A stretch of DNA of 63,720 nucleotides, filler included, from Olpidium bornovanus S191 (GCA_017911155.1; 31 parts of 31 records of this genome joined end to end with filler, not necessarily neighbours in it); one strand, 5' to 3'; shown: positions 12,501 to 25,764, numbered from the whole stretch's first letter. The notes: generated from the letters alone by a model not told the origin. Program-made: numbers and translations.

Positions 12501-13023
12501 ACACGCCGCTCCACCTGGCGGCCGCCTACAAGGGCGACCGGCAGACGCTGCTGAAGCTGCTGGACATGCTGGTCGAGGCGGGGGCGGACCCGCGGATACT
12601 GGTGAGCTGGGCAAGATTTTTTTTATTTGGCTTTTTTTCTTTTTGTTTTACCCCGCGATTTCCCCACACACACACACACACACACCCCTTCCCCCCCCGC
12701 CCCCGCCCGCCCGCCCGCTCGCCCGACCAGAACAAGAACAGACAGAAGCCCGCGGCGCTTTTAGACGCGACGCGGAACGCCGACGCGCTCCAACTCCTGC
12801 GGAAGACGGAATTGGCGTACCAAGTGGTGAGGAAGACGGGGTGGAAGGGATGGTTTTTTTTGATTAGCGGGGGGTTGGATGGGGGGGGGTGGGGGAAGGA
12901 GTGGTACGGAGTCAGGTGATCGCGATTTCCTTTCTCGTTCCGCACCCGCTTTGTTAGCAAAAGTCCGACCTGCCCCAGGACGACGACGACGACGACGACG
13001 ACGAGGAGGATGCGAGCGATTGA
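12501..13023 (+). CDS. Ankyrin-repeat protein, YGL242C-like, 5' partial (exons 12501-12601, 12731-12826, 12958-13023)
   Basis: Spliced sequence DTPLHLAAAYKG...LVEAGADPRIL|NKNRQKPAALLD...LLRKTELAYQV|QKSDLPQDDDDDDDEEDASD*, an ankyrin repeat followed by an acidic tail. Confidence 0.8.
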
Positions 13024-13573
13024 GATTGGGGGCGCGGGCTCTTTCTCGCGGGTGGCCGCGGTGCAACGGGGGAAGGGTGCGGGGAGGGTTGGGGAGGGGT
13101 GGGAGAGATTCTGCCAAAAAAACTTACGCCCCCTTCCACCTCACCTCGTCCCGGAGCAAGAGAACAATTTCTTCGCCGCTTCTTGCGCCGGCGTAAAAAG
13201 AAAAGGAAGAGACCCCCCGGCGTCCCCCGCGTGTCCCGTATCCCCTCCCCCTCCCCCCCCCCCCCCCCCCCCCCGCCCCCCCCCCCGGCCCCCGCCCCGT
13301 CAGCGGTCAGGGTACCCCCCCCCTTTTTCTCGACCCCGGACCATGGCCCCGCCGGCAAAGGCGGTCGGAGCTCACGCGAACTACCCTTCCCAGCGCCAGA
13401 NNNNNNNNNNNNNNNNNNNNNNNNNNNNNNNNNNNNNNNNNNNNTTAATTAATTAANNNNNNNNNNNNNNNNNNNNNNNNNNNNNNNNNNNNNNNNNNNN
13501 CATGTAAGAAAGTTATTGGCTCCAGTTCGCACTTGCGCGCCTCTCCATAAAATCTTTCCACGCCGCCAAGTAC

Positions 13574-14803
13574 CCCACACCCAATAGCCGGGGACGAGGT
13601 AGTCTGCGGCCTCGAGGCCCTGCGAAGCGCGAAGTTTTACGCCTTCCGGGTCCAAGCCAGTGAGTGGGTCGAGTTTCATATGGGAAAGCCAGCTGCAAGA
13701 AGACTTCTCGTTATCAGTACGGACGCGCGGGAAAGCCGCCACTTGTAAAATAAAAAAAATAAAGAAAATTGAATTCCGTTACCATTCCTGGCGGGGAAAA
13801 CGGATGACTAGTGAGCTCCGGGCAAGGACCTTGCTCGAACCAAAGTGCATACTCAAAAGGCGAGGGCGACGGACCGACCTTATCTAGGACCATTGCCCGG
13901 AACATGTTCATCGTCCCCCACAACCGCGCTCTAAAATACTTCTGGGCACAGGGATGTACAGACCAGCTCTCCAGGCCCTGAAACGGCGACGGGAGCCAAA
14001 AGACAGATTTGAGTCTCATTTCTGCAATATTCCACGAGTTCTTTGGGGATCGAGAAAACGCTAACCGTGCTGATTATCCCGGGGATGAGCAGAAGTGGGT
14101 GCTTAGCGGTGATCCCTTCCTCTTGCTTCATGTGCAGGCCCCGCTGGAATATCGTCTCGGGCGACGAGTACAGTAGGCCCCCTTCCTTCTTAGACAGGCC
14201 GAGAAAGAACGCGGACTGCGCCGTCCAGTCGCGGCTGCGGGCGAGGACCGTCCTGGTCGCTGCCTCAAAGCGGTCGTACACAAGCTGCGGCAAGTAATCC
14301 TTCGCGGCGGGCAGCACGACCTTCTCCGCGACGAGCTCGAGCTGGAGGCGGCCCCCGGTCTCCTCGAGGAGCGGCTCCAGCGCGCCGCTCACCCTCCGCA
14401 CGGCAGCCAGCCAGCAAGCGTACAAGATGGCGGCGACCGCGAGGAAGACGCAACACGGCCGGCGGCGGCGGGGCCGGCCGGCGGCGGCGGGTGCCACATT
14501 TCCCCGCCCGGGCGACGACTTCCGCCGGCGCCGCTTGCTTCGGCCTGAGAGCCACCGCACGAGCCTGTCTTCGAACTGGCTCTTACGCTTGCCGTCGACG
14601 ACGGACGACGCCAAGCAGCCGACGCCGCCGTTTGCGCCAGCCGCCGGCGCGGCTTTGCCGGGGGCGAGGCTGGCGACGCTCGGCCTGGACGACAAGGACG
14701 AGGACAGGGACGAGGGCAAGGACGACGTCGACGCGGCGGGCTTCTTTCCCGGAGGGCCGGTCGCGGCGGCGGCGGCGGCGGCCTTTCTCGTGCGCGGGGC
14801 CAT
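13574..14803 (-). CDS. LRO1: Phospholipid:diacylglycerol acyltransferase (PDAT), 3' partial (exons 14803-14066, 13977-13879, ~13700-13574)
   Basis: N-terminal TM segment, then KHPLLLIPGIIST|GLESWS...FRARLWG...DK|...WLSHMKLDPLTGLDPEGVKLRASQGLEAADYLVPGYWVW. Confidence 0.93.
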
Positions 14804-15229
14804 GTTTGCGCGCGCGTGCGGATGACGCCGCGAGCGCGCGCGCCCGTCCCGAACGGCGCGCCCCCGGCGAGGGATGGATCCTGCAAGGGCTTTCTCTTTC
14901 TGCGCGCGGTGTGCGGCGGGAGCGCGGGGGGGGAGGGTGGCGGCGGCGGCGGGCCAGACGGGTGGACGGGCGGGCGGGGTGGACCGTCGTTCGCCGTCTG
15001 GGGACAGCGGAGAGATGCCGGCGTTTTTTTTTTTTTTTTTTTTTTTCCGGCAGAGACCTGGAGGGCGGGAGGCCCCGATCTGGCGGCAGAAGCAAAACGC
15101 GCTCGCGGCGAGACAACGGACAGACAGGCGCAGTTGATCCGCAAGGATGTCCGCACGCTTCTTCCCATGCGCGTGATTCCGGAACGGGATCCCGCCTTTC
15201 GAAAATTTTTCTTGACCCCGAGGGGCGGC

Positions 15230-15266
<37 letters not shown>

Positions 15267-15382
15267 TTGTTTTTTCCCGGGANNNNNNNNNNNNNNNNNN
15301 NNNNNNNNNNNNNNNNNNNNNNNNNNTTAATTAATTAANNNNNNNNNNNNNNNNNNNNNNNNNNNNNNNNNNNNNNNNNNNN

Positions 15383-16607
15383 ATGCGACATAATCAGGCA
15401 GGTTTGGATTCCTAAGATCTACCGCAATGATCCTGCTTCGCTGGCTGTGTGAAAGGAAGCGCCGCGAGGTGCAATCGTCAACGGCCTTGAATGCCACACA
15501 TGTCTGGCCTTCAAAAATCTTTTCGACGACGGCCTCGTATAGAAACTTGGCCATTCCCTTCGCCCGAGCGTCGATCAGGGCGTGATCCCTCTTCGTCCCT
15601 CGAGTGAGCGCAAGTTGCAAAAGCTTCTCGCGGAACGAAAAATAGTCCCATGTCCAGTATCCAGCGAGGGGCGGCCCGCCAACTTTCCTCTGGGCACCGA
15701 TACCGCCAGGAGTGGACTTCAAGTCGGCGCACTCTATCCAAATCTGCCGCTCAAAGCACTCGCAGAGGAGATGCTCCACGAGCGCAGCGAAGCCGAGATC
15801 GAAATCGGCCATGCCTAGGAAGCCCAAGACGTCGTCGTATCGGAGATCCGCAACGGAGAAAATGATGGGAACAACCGCGCAATTGCAGCCGTGCTTGTCT
15901 TTTCCCGGGGCCCCAGCGGCGTACAGCCGCGAAGCATCGTCCAACGTCCCGGGACTGACGAGCACCGTGATTTCGGCACCACGTGGGAGATCGAGAGCGC
16001 GGCAAAATAGCACGCCCTCGCTAGGGCCTTCCGCCGTGATGTCGCCGCCCCGGTACACGGCCAGCACCTCGGTGTGGCCGCGGGAGCCGTAGTCGGACGC
16101 GGCTCTGACTGCGGCATGAATAGAGCGAGTCTTGCCGCTGCGTCTGTCGCCCACGAACACAGTCGTCCCCCGAACTGCCATGGAGAGTACATCAAGTCCG
16201 ACGTCGCGCGCGTCGGTGGATTCGGGACCGACCGACAGTGAGGCCTCTTCGTGACCATGTGCACTCTCGAATACCGCTGAGTCCGCGGTGGTCAATCCTT
16301 CTGCCCGAGCGGACGTTCCCTCCCGGGCGTGCACGACTACCGTCGACGACTCCCCGGAGTCTGACTTTCCGCCATCGTCTAATTCCGAAGCGGACCCGAT
16401 ACTATTGGCCTCTGCTGCCGGAGAGCGGACGGGCGACAATGAATTCCGGTTGACTTCGGCTAGGGCAACGCCACAAGTCCGGGCCGGATAGTCGTCTAAG
16501 CGAATGAATCGCGTCATCGCGGCGATTCCGGGCGACGGCTTAGATTTCGGAACTGTAGACGATGTCGCAGCATCACAGACGTGGCCGTTCTTATTCACCG
16601 GGTACAT
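15383..16607 (-). CDS. Divergent P-loop NTPase (fungal HerA/FtsK-like family), 3' partial
   Basis: Walker A GDRRSGKT (about 16129-16152), followed by ITVLVSPG, PIIFSVADL, FSFREKLLQL and IIAVDLRNP. These resemble motifs I recall from an uncharacterised fungal P-loop family. The Pro/Ser-rich ORF 16595-17401 may be its 5' exon. Confidence 0.65.
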
Positions 16608-17773
16608 TTTGCCATTGGCGGACGCATTCCCCGGCGTCGGAAGAAAAGGAGGCGCATCCGACCGCAGCTCAGCATGCGCGACTGAAGACGAGATCTCATC
16701 TGGAAACAGTTAGCAAGCGGCAGCGTGTAAGCTATCGACGGCGAAACGAGAAAAAGGAGCAAAACGAAAAAAAAAACCGCCGGCATACCGAAAGCCGTAT
16801 CATCCAACTGCTTGAGAAGAGACAGCGATGCCACCGAGGGTTGTTTTGACTTATTTCCGGGCATGCGCATGTCTGCACACGCAGAGGCGCGATTCTCCGC
16901 ACATAGGTTGTTGCTGCCCACCGGCCCGCGGCCAGGCCCGTGTGGCGGAGGGTTTGACCACGGCGAAGACGGGATGGTCGAGGACGGCGAGACCATGCCT
17001 GAAAATGGCGGATGGGTAGTAGCAGTGAAAGGAGGAGGAAAAGCTGGAAGAGATAAAGCAGACGATGATGACGGCTGCAGGGGTCGAGCCGGGCGGGGCG
17101 CTTCTGACGTCGGCATGAAGACCGGTTGGGGAAGCATTGGTGTCCAAAAATACGAGAAGGGAGAAGCGGGAGCGGTGGACGACGACGTGGTCGCGACTGC
17201 GGACGTGACTGGTTGAAGGTTATCGGCCGCAATCCGAGCCCAGGGATTGGTACGGGTGCTTGGGAGTGTCGGGTGGATGTCAGCGAGCGCCTGGGGCGTC
17301 GGCAAAGATATCGGCCCGGGCGCCAATGGGAGTTTGTGTGAGCTTCCTGGCTGTCGAGCATTATGGGTCACTGGAAAACGCAAGGCCCACGCACCAAGCA
17401 ACAGATTGAGTCAGCAAGAGCAAATATCCAATTGCGCCGCACGAGGAGCTTGTCACATCGCGGCGATACCCACCATCACACTGCGCACCCGGCAGGCTGG
17501 CGTTATTGCGGTCGTACTCACGCGCACCTGCCGGCATGCCGTTTTTTTCCGAGAAGCCTGGCGGTGGCGTTGATTCTCCCCTAGAATAGTCTACCCGTTG
17601 AGAGTTTACGTCAGGACGTGCCGACCGGATGAATGAACAGTAATTCCAACAAAGCNNNNNNNNNNNNNNNNNNNNNNNNNNNNNNNNNNNNNNNNNNNNT
17701 TAATTAATTAANNNNNNNNNNNNNNNNNNNNNNNNNNNNNNNNNNNNNNNNNNNNGAGGGCCCTTGCCGTTAG

Positions 17774-18008
17774 CCGGAAGTTCCAGCAGACTTTGCCCCT
17801 CTACGTAGCACGCGCACTCCGCCGCACGTCGCGCACGCCGCGCAAGCCGCGTACCAATCGCTTTTTCGTCTTCATGAACACCGTGCGCCAGGAGATTGCC
17901 GCGGAAATCAAACAGGACGACCCGGACCTTACCGGGCCACATCTGCAGCGTGCCATTATCAAGTTGGCAGGCGCCAGGTGGAGAGCTTTGTCGGCTGAAC
18001 AGAAAAAG
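17774..18008 (+). CDS. HMG-box protein exon
   Basis: PRKPRTNRFFVFMNTVRQEI...IIKLAGARWRALSAEQKK, bounded by a TAG acceptor and a GT donor. Confidence 0.8.
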
Positions 18009-19539
18009 GTTCGAAGTGGTTTTCCCGACTAATTTTTTGATTATACCGTTGTCCCGTGTGAAGCTCTCAAGCGTAACGTTTCTTTGCCTTGTTTTCTTTT
18101 TGGTCTTCCAGGATTATTCTGCTGCCTGATCCTGCTCGTTGGCATCATTTTTTTGTCAGACCGCAGTTATCCATGCACGACTCCACCTCTTGCTATGCTG
18201 GCCCTGGTGCTCGTTTTTTCCCCATTAACCTTGAATCTCCCGCTGTTTCTGATCATCGGTGTAGTTTGCTTGCTGCCCGGGCGGGACCTCCCTTGGCTCG
18301 CCTTTGCCCGAAAGGCCTAAGTGGGACGGTCTTTCTTCGGCGTCGCGATTTGTGCGCTTTGTTTTTTGTTTCTTTACTCTTTTTCTTAAGAAATTGGAAA
18401 CTAATTCCGGGTTAACCTTAAATATGGAAAAATAACTGTGAGGCCGAAATTCGGGCATCGGGAGAGCGCGAGCGGCCCCGTTTTGATTCAGAAGAGGCCG
18501 CCCCCCGGTACCCTTGGGGGTGTCGCGCCGCATACACGGCAAGCCCTGGATGAGGACAGCTCCGACGCTGGCCGAACCGTAGTTCGGCTTTACCGTTGAC
18601 AAATCGCATGGAACGGCGATGGGATGCGTCTAAAAGCAACGTTACGCGAAACTGAACTTGCACCGGCAGCAAAGCCCGGCTAAGCGTTCTCCCTAAACTT
18701 GTGGAGAACAAGAACCCGCCGTTCTGAATATCAATACGACGCCGGAGGAGGGGCCGCCTCACGATATCAACGTTGGCCGCTTCCAGGAGTAACCCGCGGA
18801 AAATTCATCAAGAAAGAAAATCTACATCGGTGAGTAGGTGACAGAGTAGGGACACACGGTACGCGAACCGGGATATTTGTATGTTTGAAACGGAACACAA
18901 CGCACGTCATAAATGAAATATCGGGGCGGCTCGGCGCGCGGCGGACCCGAGCCCTTACCTGTCACAGTATGCGCCTGGCACACCGATACGAAGATACGTA
19001 AGCCGGAGGAAGAAATAAGCGTTCCCCTCGACGCTTTTACAGAAACGACAAACCAATGAAAGAACTTTTGACAAGGCGCAACGCACGCACGGCGTGCACC
19101 AGTTGAGCAGAAGAAGCGACCGAGGTGCCGGATTCAGGGCGGTCCCGCCAAACGGGCAAACCGTGGCGCAGGGGCACGGTTTGCTCTAAAAATCCTATAG
19201 AAAAGATCATGGAATTGTTCGGTTCCCAAATGACTTGATTCCCTTGGCGCCTCGGTCAAAAAAAAAAAAAAAAAATGCGGAGTCTAGGCGATCTGCGCCA
19301 TAACCGAAACCGGCAGCCGGCAGCCGANNNNNNNNNNNNNNNNNNNNNNNNNNNNNNNNNNNNNNNNNNNNTTAATTAATTAANNNNNNNNNNNNNNNNN
19401 NNNNNNNNNNNNNNNNNNNNNNNNNNNACTTAACTTACCAGACCTTCCCTTCGACTGCACTGTCAGCCCTCGTCGCCTTACCTGTAGCTCTTGCACAGAC
19501 CCGACGAGGGGGAGGAATACAACGCTGTGAACCTTGCCG

Positions 19540-20125
19540 CAGTACATCGCCCCTGTCATCAGCTCGATCGGTGCAAACCCGGTGGTCCGATGTGTCGTGA
19601 TCCGATCTGCCCAAAACGTGAAGGGAAAAAGATCCACCCACCGCACGGAACGGAACTTTGTTGCCTTCACAAGAACACTCACGAAGGTTTGATGCCCGCG
19701 CTCCACCTTCCCGTTGGCCTCAGGGTTATAAGCGACTGTGAGCTAGACGTCCATGCCGAACCGCCGAAAGAATTCCCTCACTGACGCGGGTCGCAGTTCC
19801 CCTCGATCGGCCCGGATGCGGACACACGGCCCGTATCGACAAATAACATCCTCCAGCAAGAACCTGCTGACACCGGTGGTATGCTTCGAACGTAGCGGCC
19901 GACCCTCAACGTAATTTGACAATCCCTCCCACGCCAAAACAGCGTACCGAAACCTGCGGCATCGAGGCAGCTCCACCAAGTCGACGTACCATTCCAAATG
20001 AATTGCCCGAGGATAAGACGGCTGCAACTCTTCGTGATAACGCGTCCTCAAGTACTCTTGGCAGGTAGGGCACCCTTCGACGTATGCGGCCACGTCCCTC
20101 CTGAGCCCGGGCCAGTAGTATCTAT
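19540..20125 (-). mobile_element. Ty3/Gypsy integrase fragment, inactivated
   Basis: YYWPGLRRDVAAYVEGCPTCQ (zinc-binding domain), WYVDLV, IRADRGEL and AYNPEANGKVERGH (DDE core), then WADRITT..TTGFAP. There is an in-frame stop after FGMDV. Confidence 0.92.
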
Positions 20126-20652
20126 TGTGGGGAATTTCTAGTTAACAGGGGGTAGTCAGAACCCCTCAATGTTGTACTACTATTATTACTCCTTCGCGTA
20201 CGAACAAACCAACGCACGGCTTGCTCGCCGGAACGCGTAAAACTCAGAGAAAGAACAAAGGGTTATGAGCCCAACCCGATGATAAGAGACGGAGACGACC
20301 GGAGACGGAGACGGGAGAGGATGAAAGCTTCTCACGAGACAGCGCCATCACCGCTGCGTGAGAGCCTCTTTCCAAGCTCACGAGACAGCGCCGCTGCGTG
20401 AGAGCCTCTTCCAGAGCTCACGAGACAGCGCCTTCTTTTCTCCCGAGACAGCGCCATCGCCTCGCTGCGGGAGAGCCGCTGCAGGAGAGCCGCTGCGTGA
20501 GAGCTGCTGCGTGAGAGCCTTTTTCCGAGCTCACGAGACAGCGCCGCTGCGTGAGAGCCTTTTCCAGAGCTCACGAGACAGCGCCTACCCCTACCGACGC
20601 AGGTCGAAAACTCCATATTAGGAGGGATCGGGCCCGTAAGGTGGTTTTGACG
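20126..20652 (+). mobile_element. Short-LTR retroelement 5' end: LTR 20126-20257 (TG...CA), PBS 20261-20272, tandem-repeat leader
   Basis: TGTGGGG...GAACA, then AAG, then GGTTATGAGCCCAA. It shares gaacccct.aatgtt..gtactacta and cgcgt.cgaa with the LTR at 62176. Repeats of about 40 bp (gcgccgctgcgtgagagcc...gagctcacgagaca) occupy 20325-20585. Confidence 0.8.
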
Positions 20653-21479
20653 NNNNNNNNNNNNNNNNNNNNNNNNNNNNNNNNNNNNNNNNNNNNTTAA
20701 TTAATTAANNNNNNNNNNNNNNNNNNNNNNNNNNNNNNNNNNNNNNNNNNNNCCAAAAATGCGCCGATTCAGCACTTTCTTGAACGCGGTAATGGCATCT
20801 GGTAATCAATCGTACAGCATAAGCTGATCCTGTTGTGCTCTTCTTGCCCTGGAACCAATGCGGGATGCACATGTCCAAGGCAGCCAAGAGTTCGCACCCA
20901 AACGGTCACTGCTTAACGGATCTGATGTTGCCAGCCTGCCACGGCTGTCTTCTCAAACTGCCAACATGGGGCGAACCGGCAGTCCATGCCAACCCTCACC
21001 AAGCAGGCAGCCCATCCGTGTTCTCCTTACCGGCGCCCTAAGGGGGTACCCCATCACACTTTTGTCGAACACGCGGCCGGCAGTACTGGTGGTGCGCGCA
21101 GCAAAGGCGACGGACGGTGCGCATCGTTCGGCCAAGACGCAGGCGCCGTTTGCGTTCCGGCCTTCGCCGCCCTTCATTCGTCTCGTGCGCGTTTCGAGCG
21201 TGCAGCGGCCCGAAGCGGCGGGCGGCCGGCGGGGGATGGTTCCAGAAACCGGAAAAAAAAAATCAGGCAGCGTTTTTTTTTTTTTTTTTCCGGATGGGCC
21301 GTGGCATATCATCTCCAGCAAGGGGCAGCAGCAGAGACTTCCTTCCTCCGTCGCATCCCCGCGAGCGTTAATTTTTCCTCCGACGCCCGCGGTGGGAGAA
21401 CGGGAGACGATTCCACCCCCCCCCCCCCCCCCCCCCAAACCCTTCATTCCCCCGCCCGACGCCTTTCTTCGCGGGACGG

Positions 21480-21824
<345 letters not shown>

Positions 21825-21925
21825 GNNNNNNNNNNNNNNNNNNNNNNNNNNNNNNNNNNNNNNNNNNNNTTAATTAATTAANNNNNNNNNNNNNNNNNNN
21901 NNNNNNNNNNNNNNNNNNNNNNNNN

Positions 21926-22920
21926 CATGGCGGTCTTGACGTACTCTTCGCCCTCTGCTGTAAAGGCGTTTGTCCTGATTTCGAGCGTGAGTGGTCAATC
22001 CGGCACTGTGGGGCAAAATTTTTGACACGTGGTGAACTTACGCAATTGCGCTTACGAACTTCCGCGTACTGTCATAAATGTGGATGTTCGACTGCCGATC
22101 TGGTGATATGTAATCCGAAACATCCAGAACGGGCGGGTCGTAAAGATCGTCGACGATTAAAAGCGGACGATCAACCTGGTCGCCCTTAACGTCCACCGGT
22201 ATTTTATGCGGTGGGTTGTTTGCGGAACGGACCATCCAAAGGCTTTTCGTGTTGTGCGCCTTGCATAATTCCGCGCGCTTTGATGCTAGAGGGTGCGCAC
22301 CAGCCGGGACGGCGAGGTGGATGGATTCTTCCTTACACCGAGGGGTGACGAAATTCGCAACACCCCCCTTTCGAAGCATTCTGCAGTATTGAACGAGTTT
22401 CGCTAACGGCCGCCGCTCAGCGTATATCTTTTTATTGGCGGCTTGATGTCCGTCAGCGGGCCCGCCAGGAGGCTGATTCGGTGGGCAATCGTTTACTTCC
22501 ATTTTAGAATAGTCTTCCATCGCAGATGCCTTATTACGCCATAGGTCGTGATAGGTCGACATGGAAGCTCTGACGCATCCATATTCCTCGGTTTCGGAAG
22601 AAGATGAGTCATCGTGGCACGTCGTGCCACCCATCTCTGCAAGGACGTATGGTTTGTAGCGTTTCTGTTGGCCGTCTGCCGGGGCGTTCGCCCTCGCTTG
22701 CTTATGTTCTACAGCGTGAGGAATTAGCAGGATTTACGACTTGGCGCGACGGGGCAGCAGGCGCAGCTGCTTCCCCACCTGCATCGTCACCAGCGACCGT
22801 CTGCAGCGGGGTATCGCCGAAGAGGCCACTTGGACCAACGCAGGACGGCAGCGACAATAAAGCCGCGGCGGTCTCCAGCTCCCGGCCCGAGCGCTCCGTG
22901 CACATTTTTGTTTCCGATCG
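21926..22920 (-). CDS. Uncharacterised multi-exon protein
   Basis: The 198-aa frame 22038-22634 extends upstream to a TAG acceptor (KRYKPY motif) and ends at a GTAAGC donor. A probable downstream exon reads EGEEYVKTAM. No family recognised. Confidence 0.5.
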
Positions 22921-25497
22921 CTGGCCAAGAGGCGAGGCGTGCGCTGCTCTGCGCTGCTCGCTGGGCGACGAAGGAACGCCGGCGGGGCCTGAAGGGGAAC
23001 GGGGGCCAACGTCGGTTGAGCCGGGCGGACGGGTCAGGCGGCGGAGTGCGCGATCTGGCGGGGCAGGGGTGGGCTGCCCGGAGAGAGAGCGCTCTACTAC
23101 GGGCTTACGCAGTCAGGCGGAGTCTGGAGCCCCTGCCCGCACGCCGTTGACATAGAGCTAGCTACTCCGCCCCGGTTTCTCCGCCCGCCCTTGGGTTTTG
23201 TGCACATGNNNNNNNNNNNNNNNNNNNNNNNNNNNNNNNNNNNNNNNNNNNNTTAATTAATTAANNNNNNNNNNNNNNNNNNNNNNNNNNNNNNNNNNNN
23301 NNNNNNNNAAGTCGAAAAGGTCCCAGACGAGAGTTTTGCGGTGTCGGCCCGGTTTTTTCTTGCCCGGTCCGCCCGCTTCGGGGTGCCGGGGCCGTTTCGG
23401 ACGTTTTGAAAAAGAAAAAACGCGGCATGCGGCGGCGTGTCCGCCCGGGTCAGGAATGGAAACGGCAAGATAGCGGGGCGGGCGTTTTGCGGCTTCGCCG
23501 CGGGCGCGCGCGCGGGGCAACGAACGCGGCGCTCGTGGCCGCAAAACGTATTTTTTTTGTTTTTTCTCCCGGGGAAAATAATAAGTGAAAAAAAAAACAA
23601 AACTGTTCTGATCCGCGGAGGCGCGGAGGGGCCCAGTGGGGCAGGAAACCCCGACGGCTTGGAACGCTTTTTGGCGTTTTGCGTGAGCACGGGAACACCC
23701 GTCTTTCCCCCTCCCCCTTCCCCCCCCCCACGGCGCTACTGGGCATTTTCGCACGAAACCCTCGCCGGCTCGTTTGACTTTTTTGTTTGCGTTCCGCGTT
23801 TCCCGATAATAAGCGCCTTCTTCGCGGCTTCGGCACGGAGACACGCGCGGGCTCATCCCGTCGATCAAAAATAATCCGACCTGAGCTCAATTGCTTTCCC
23901 GCCGCGCCGAGACTTGGCAAAGCCCTGCAAGGGTTTGCTTTCGGTTCCGGAGCAGGCCCGTCCAATCCCCCACTTTTCGTCGCTCGGCTTTCGACTTACG
24001 CCGTTTCGCGCCTGGAACATGAAAAGGCGGAAATATTGGGTGCAAAAAGAAAGACTTTATGATCGAAAACTCCCGTGCATCTGGTCTTTTGGTGTATGTT
24101 CTTTTGATGGTTTGCAGATGGAAAACATGCCGATGTTTCCGTGTTGATTTGTACTTATTTATAATTGTAATGTACGTATTGTGCCTTTATTATGCATCAT
24201 ATATGTATATATTATTAAAATACTCTTAAATGTGCATTCGCATTATGTACTACTATTATTTTCGTCATAATCAAAGATGCGCTCTATGGTCGCGTGATGG
24301 ATCTGTCCCTGTCTTTGGAGGGCGAAGCACACGGGCCCACCACGGACGCAGGCACGCCAAACAGTGGCAGAAATAACATTCTCCCGTCCTTGCTGGCGGT
24401 TTTTTGGCCGCCTCCTGCGTCGCGACAATTATGTTAGCTATACATTATCCGCCTGATAAATTGCCTGGGACGGCGGAGCGCGCCAACCGCGTGCTTGCTT
24501 CGGTACGTTGGCGAACATCCGCGCTTTTACGCCGCGAAAGTTGCAACCGCTCACGCAACGGGCCGGCAGGCGATGTGCACAAGAGAAACAATTCTGCCGG
24601 AACGTTTTCGTTTAGACTTTTTTTCGAGCCCAACGGGTCACCAGAGCAAAAACAAAAGAAAAAACCGAGGCCCGTCCGCTACCCTAGGGGGAAGCGCGGG
24701 AAAACAGGATGCGCTTTGGGGCCGCGGGCTTTCGCAGCGACGCTCCCGTCGACCGTCGGGGTGTGCCGGCAACCGGCGGACGCCCGCTCGGGGAAATCAG
24801 AGGCGATCGCCAGAAGCGCAAAGGACCCGTTCTCCTACGCCGCGACGGGAGACCGTAAGCCGTCCGCCATGNNNNNNNNNNNNNNNNNNNNNNNNNNNNN
24901 NNNNNNNNNNNNNNNTTAATTAATTAANNNNNNNNNNNNNNNNNNNNNNNNNNNNNNNNNNNNNNNNNNNNCATGATATGTCTCTCAGTCTCTCTCTCCG
25001 GGGGATTTCTTCAGCAGCAGCCATACTTTTTGTTGGCTGGTGTGAAGTGATCAGTTTGGGGTAAAGTTAATATTATAAGTACTAATTTTGCGTTTTTTTT
25101 TGAAGGGCCCTTTTTCAACATCCTGCAATTATATCTGGCACCGCTTTAGCTTTCATTGGTAAATCTCATCGAGTACTATAAGTGTGCTGTCTGACACCTC
25201 AAATTCTCCCCTTTCTCCGTCCCCCCTCCTGTTACTCCGCCAAGCACGGGTGCCAAAAAATAAGGAAGGAGAGGCGCGATATATAGTGCAGACGTGAGGG
25301 GCAGATCTCCCAGACGGCGACAGCGACAGCGACGGCGACAGACAGAAAAAAAAAAAAACCTCCGGAGCTGACACCACCCGACGTTCCGGTTTTGGTTTTG
25401 ACGCCCGCAACGTATATGTGTGTGTTATTCTTTTCTGATGAAAAAATAACAACGCCGCGAAACAAAATGAAGCAAAAAAAATATTTACGCGAGCCCC

Positions 25498-25528
<31 letters not shown>

Positions 25529-25539
25529 ACCCCCCCCCC

Positions 25540-25576
<37 letters not shown>

Positions 25577-25764
25577 AGAAGGAAAAACGGGCGGCGCGGC
25601 AGCACAGCAGACTCGGGGCTGCCCGGCATTCCCGTTCCCCATTTCCCGGCAGGGGGAGGGGCGCGTCTCCCCCCCTCCCAAAGACCCGAAGCGGCCCGGG
25701 CGACGAAGAACCGACTTCGCCGCACCCAGGTCACCCCTCACCCCGCGTCCGGCCCGTCGCAGGC

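Noticed and set aside
17774-18008. HMG gene plus RNA helicase as a Mucorales-type sex locus
   Set aside because: DHX16 is about 16 kb and several gaps away, is a DEAH splicing helicase rather than RnhA, and no triose-phosphate transporter is seen.
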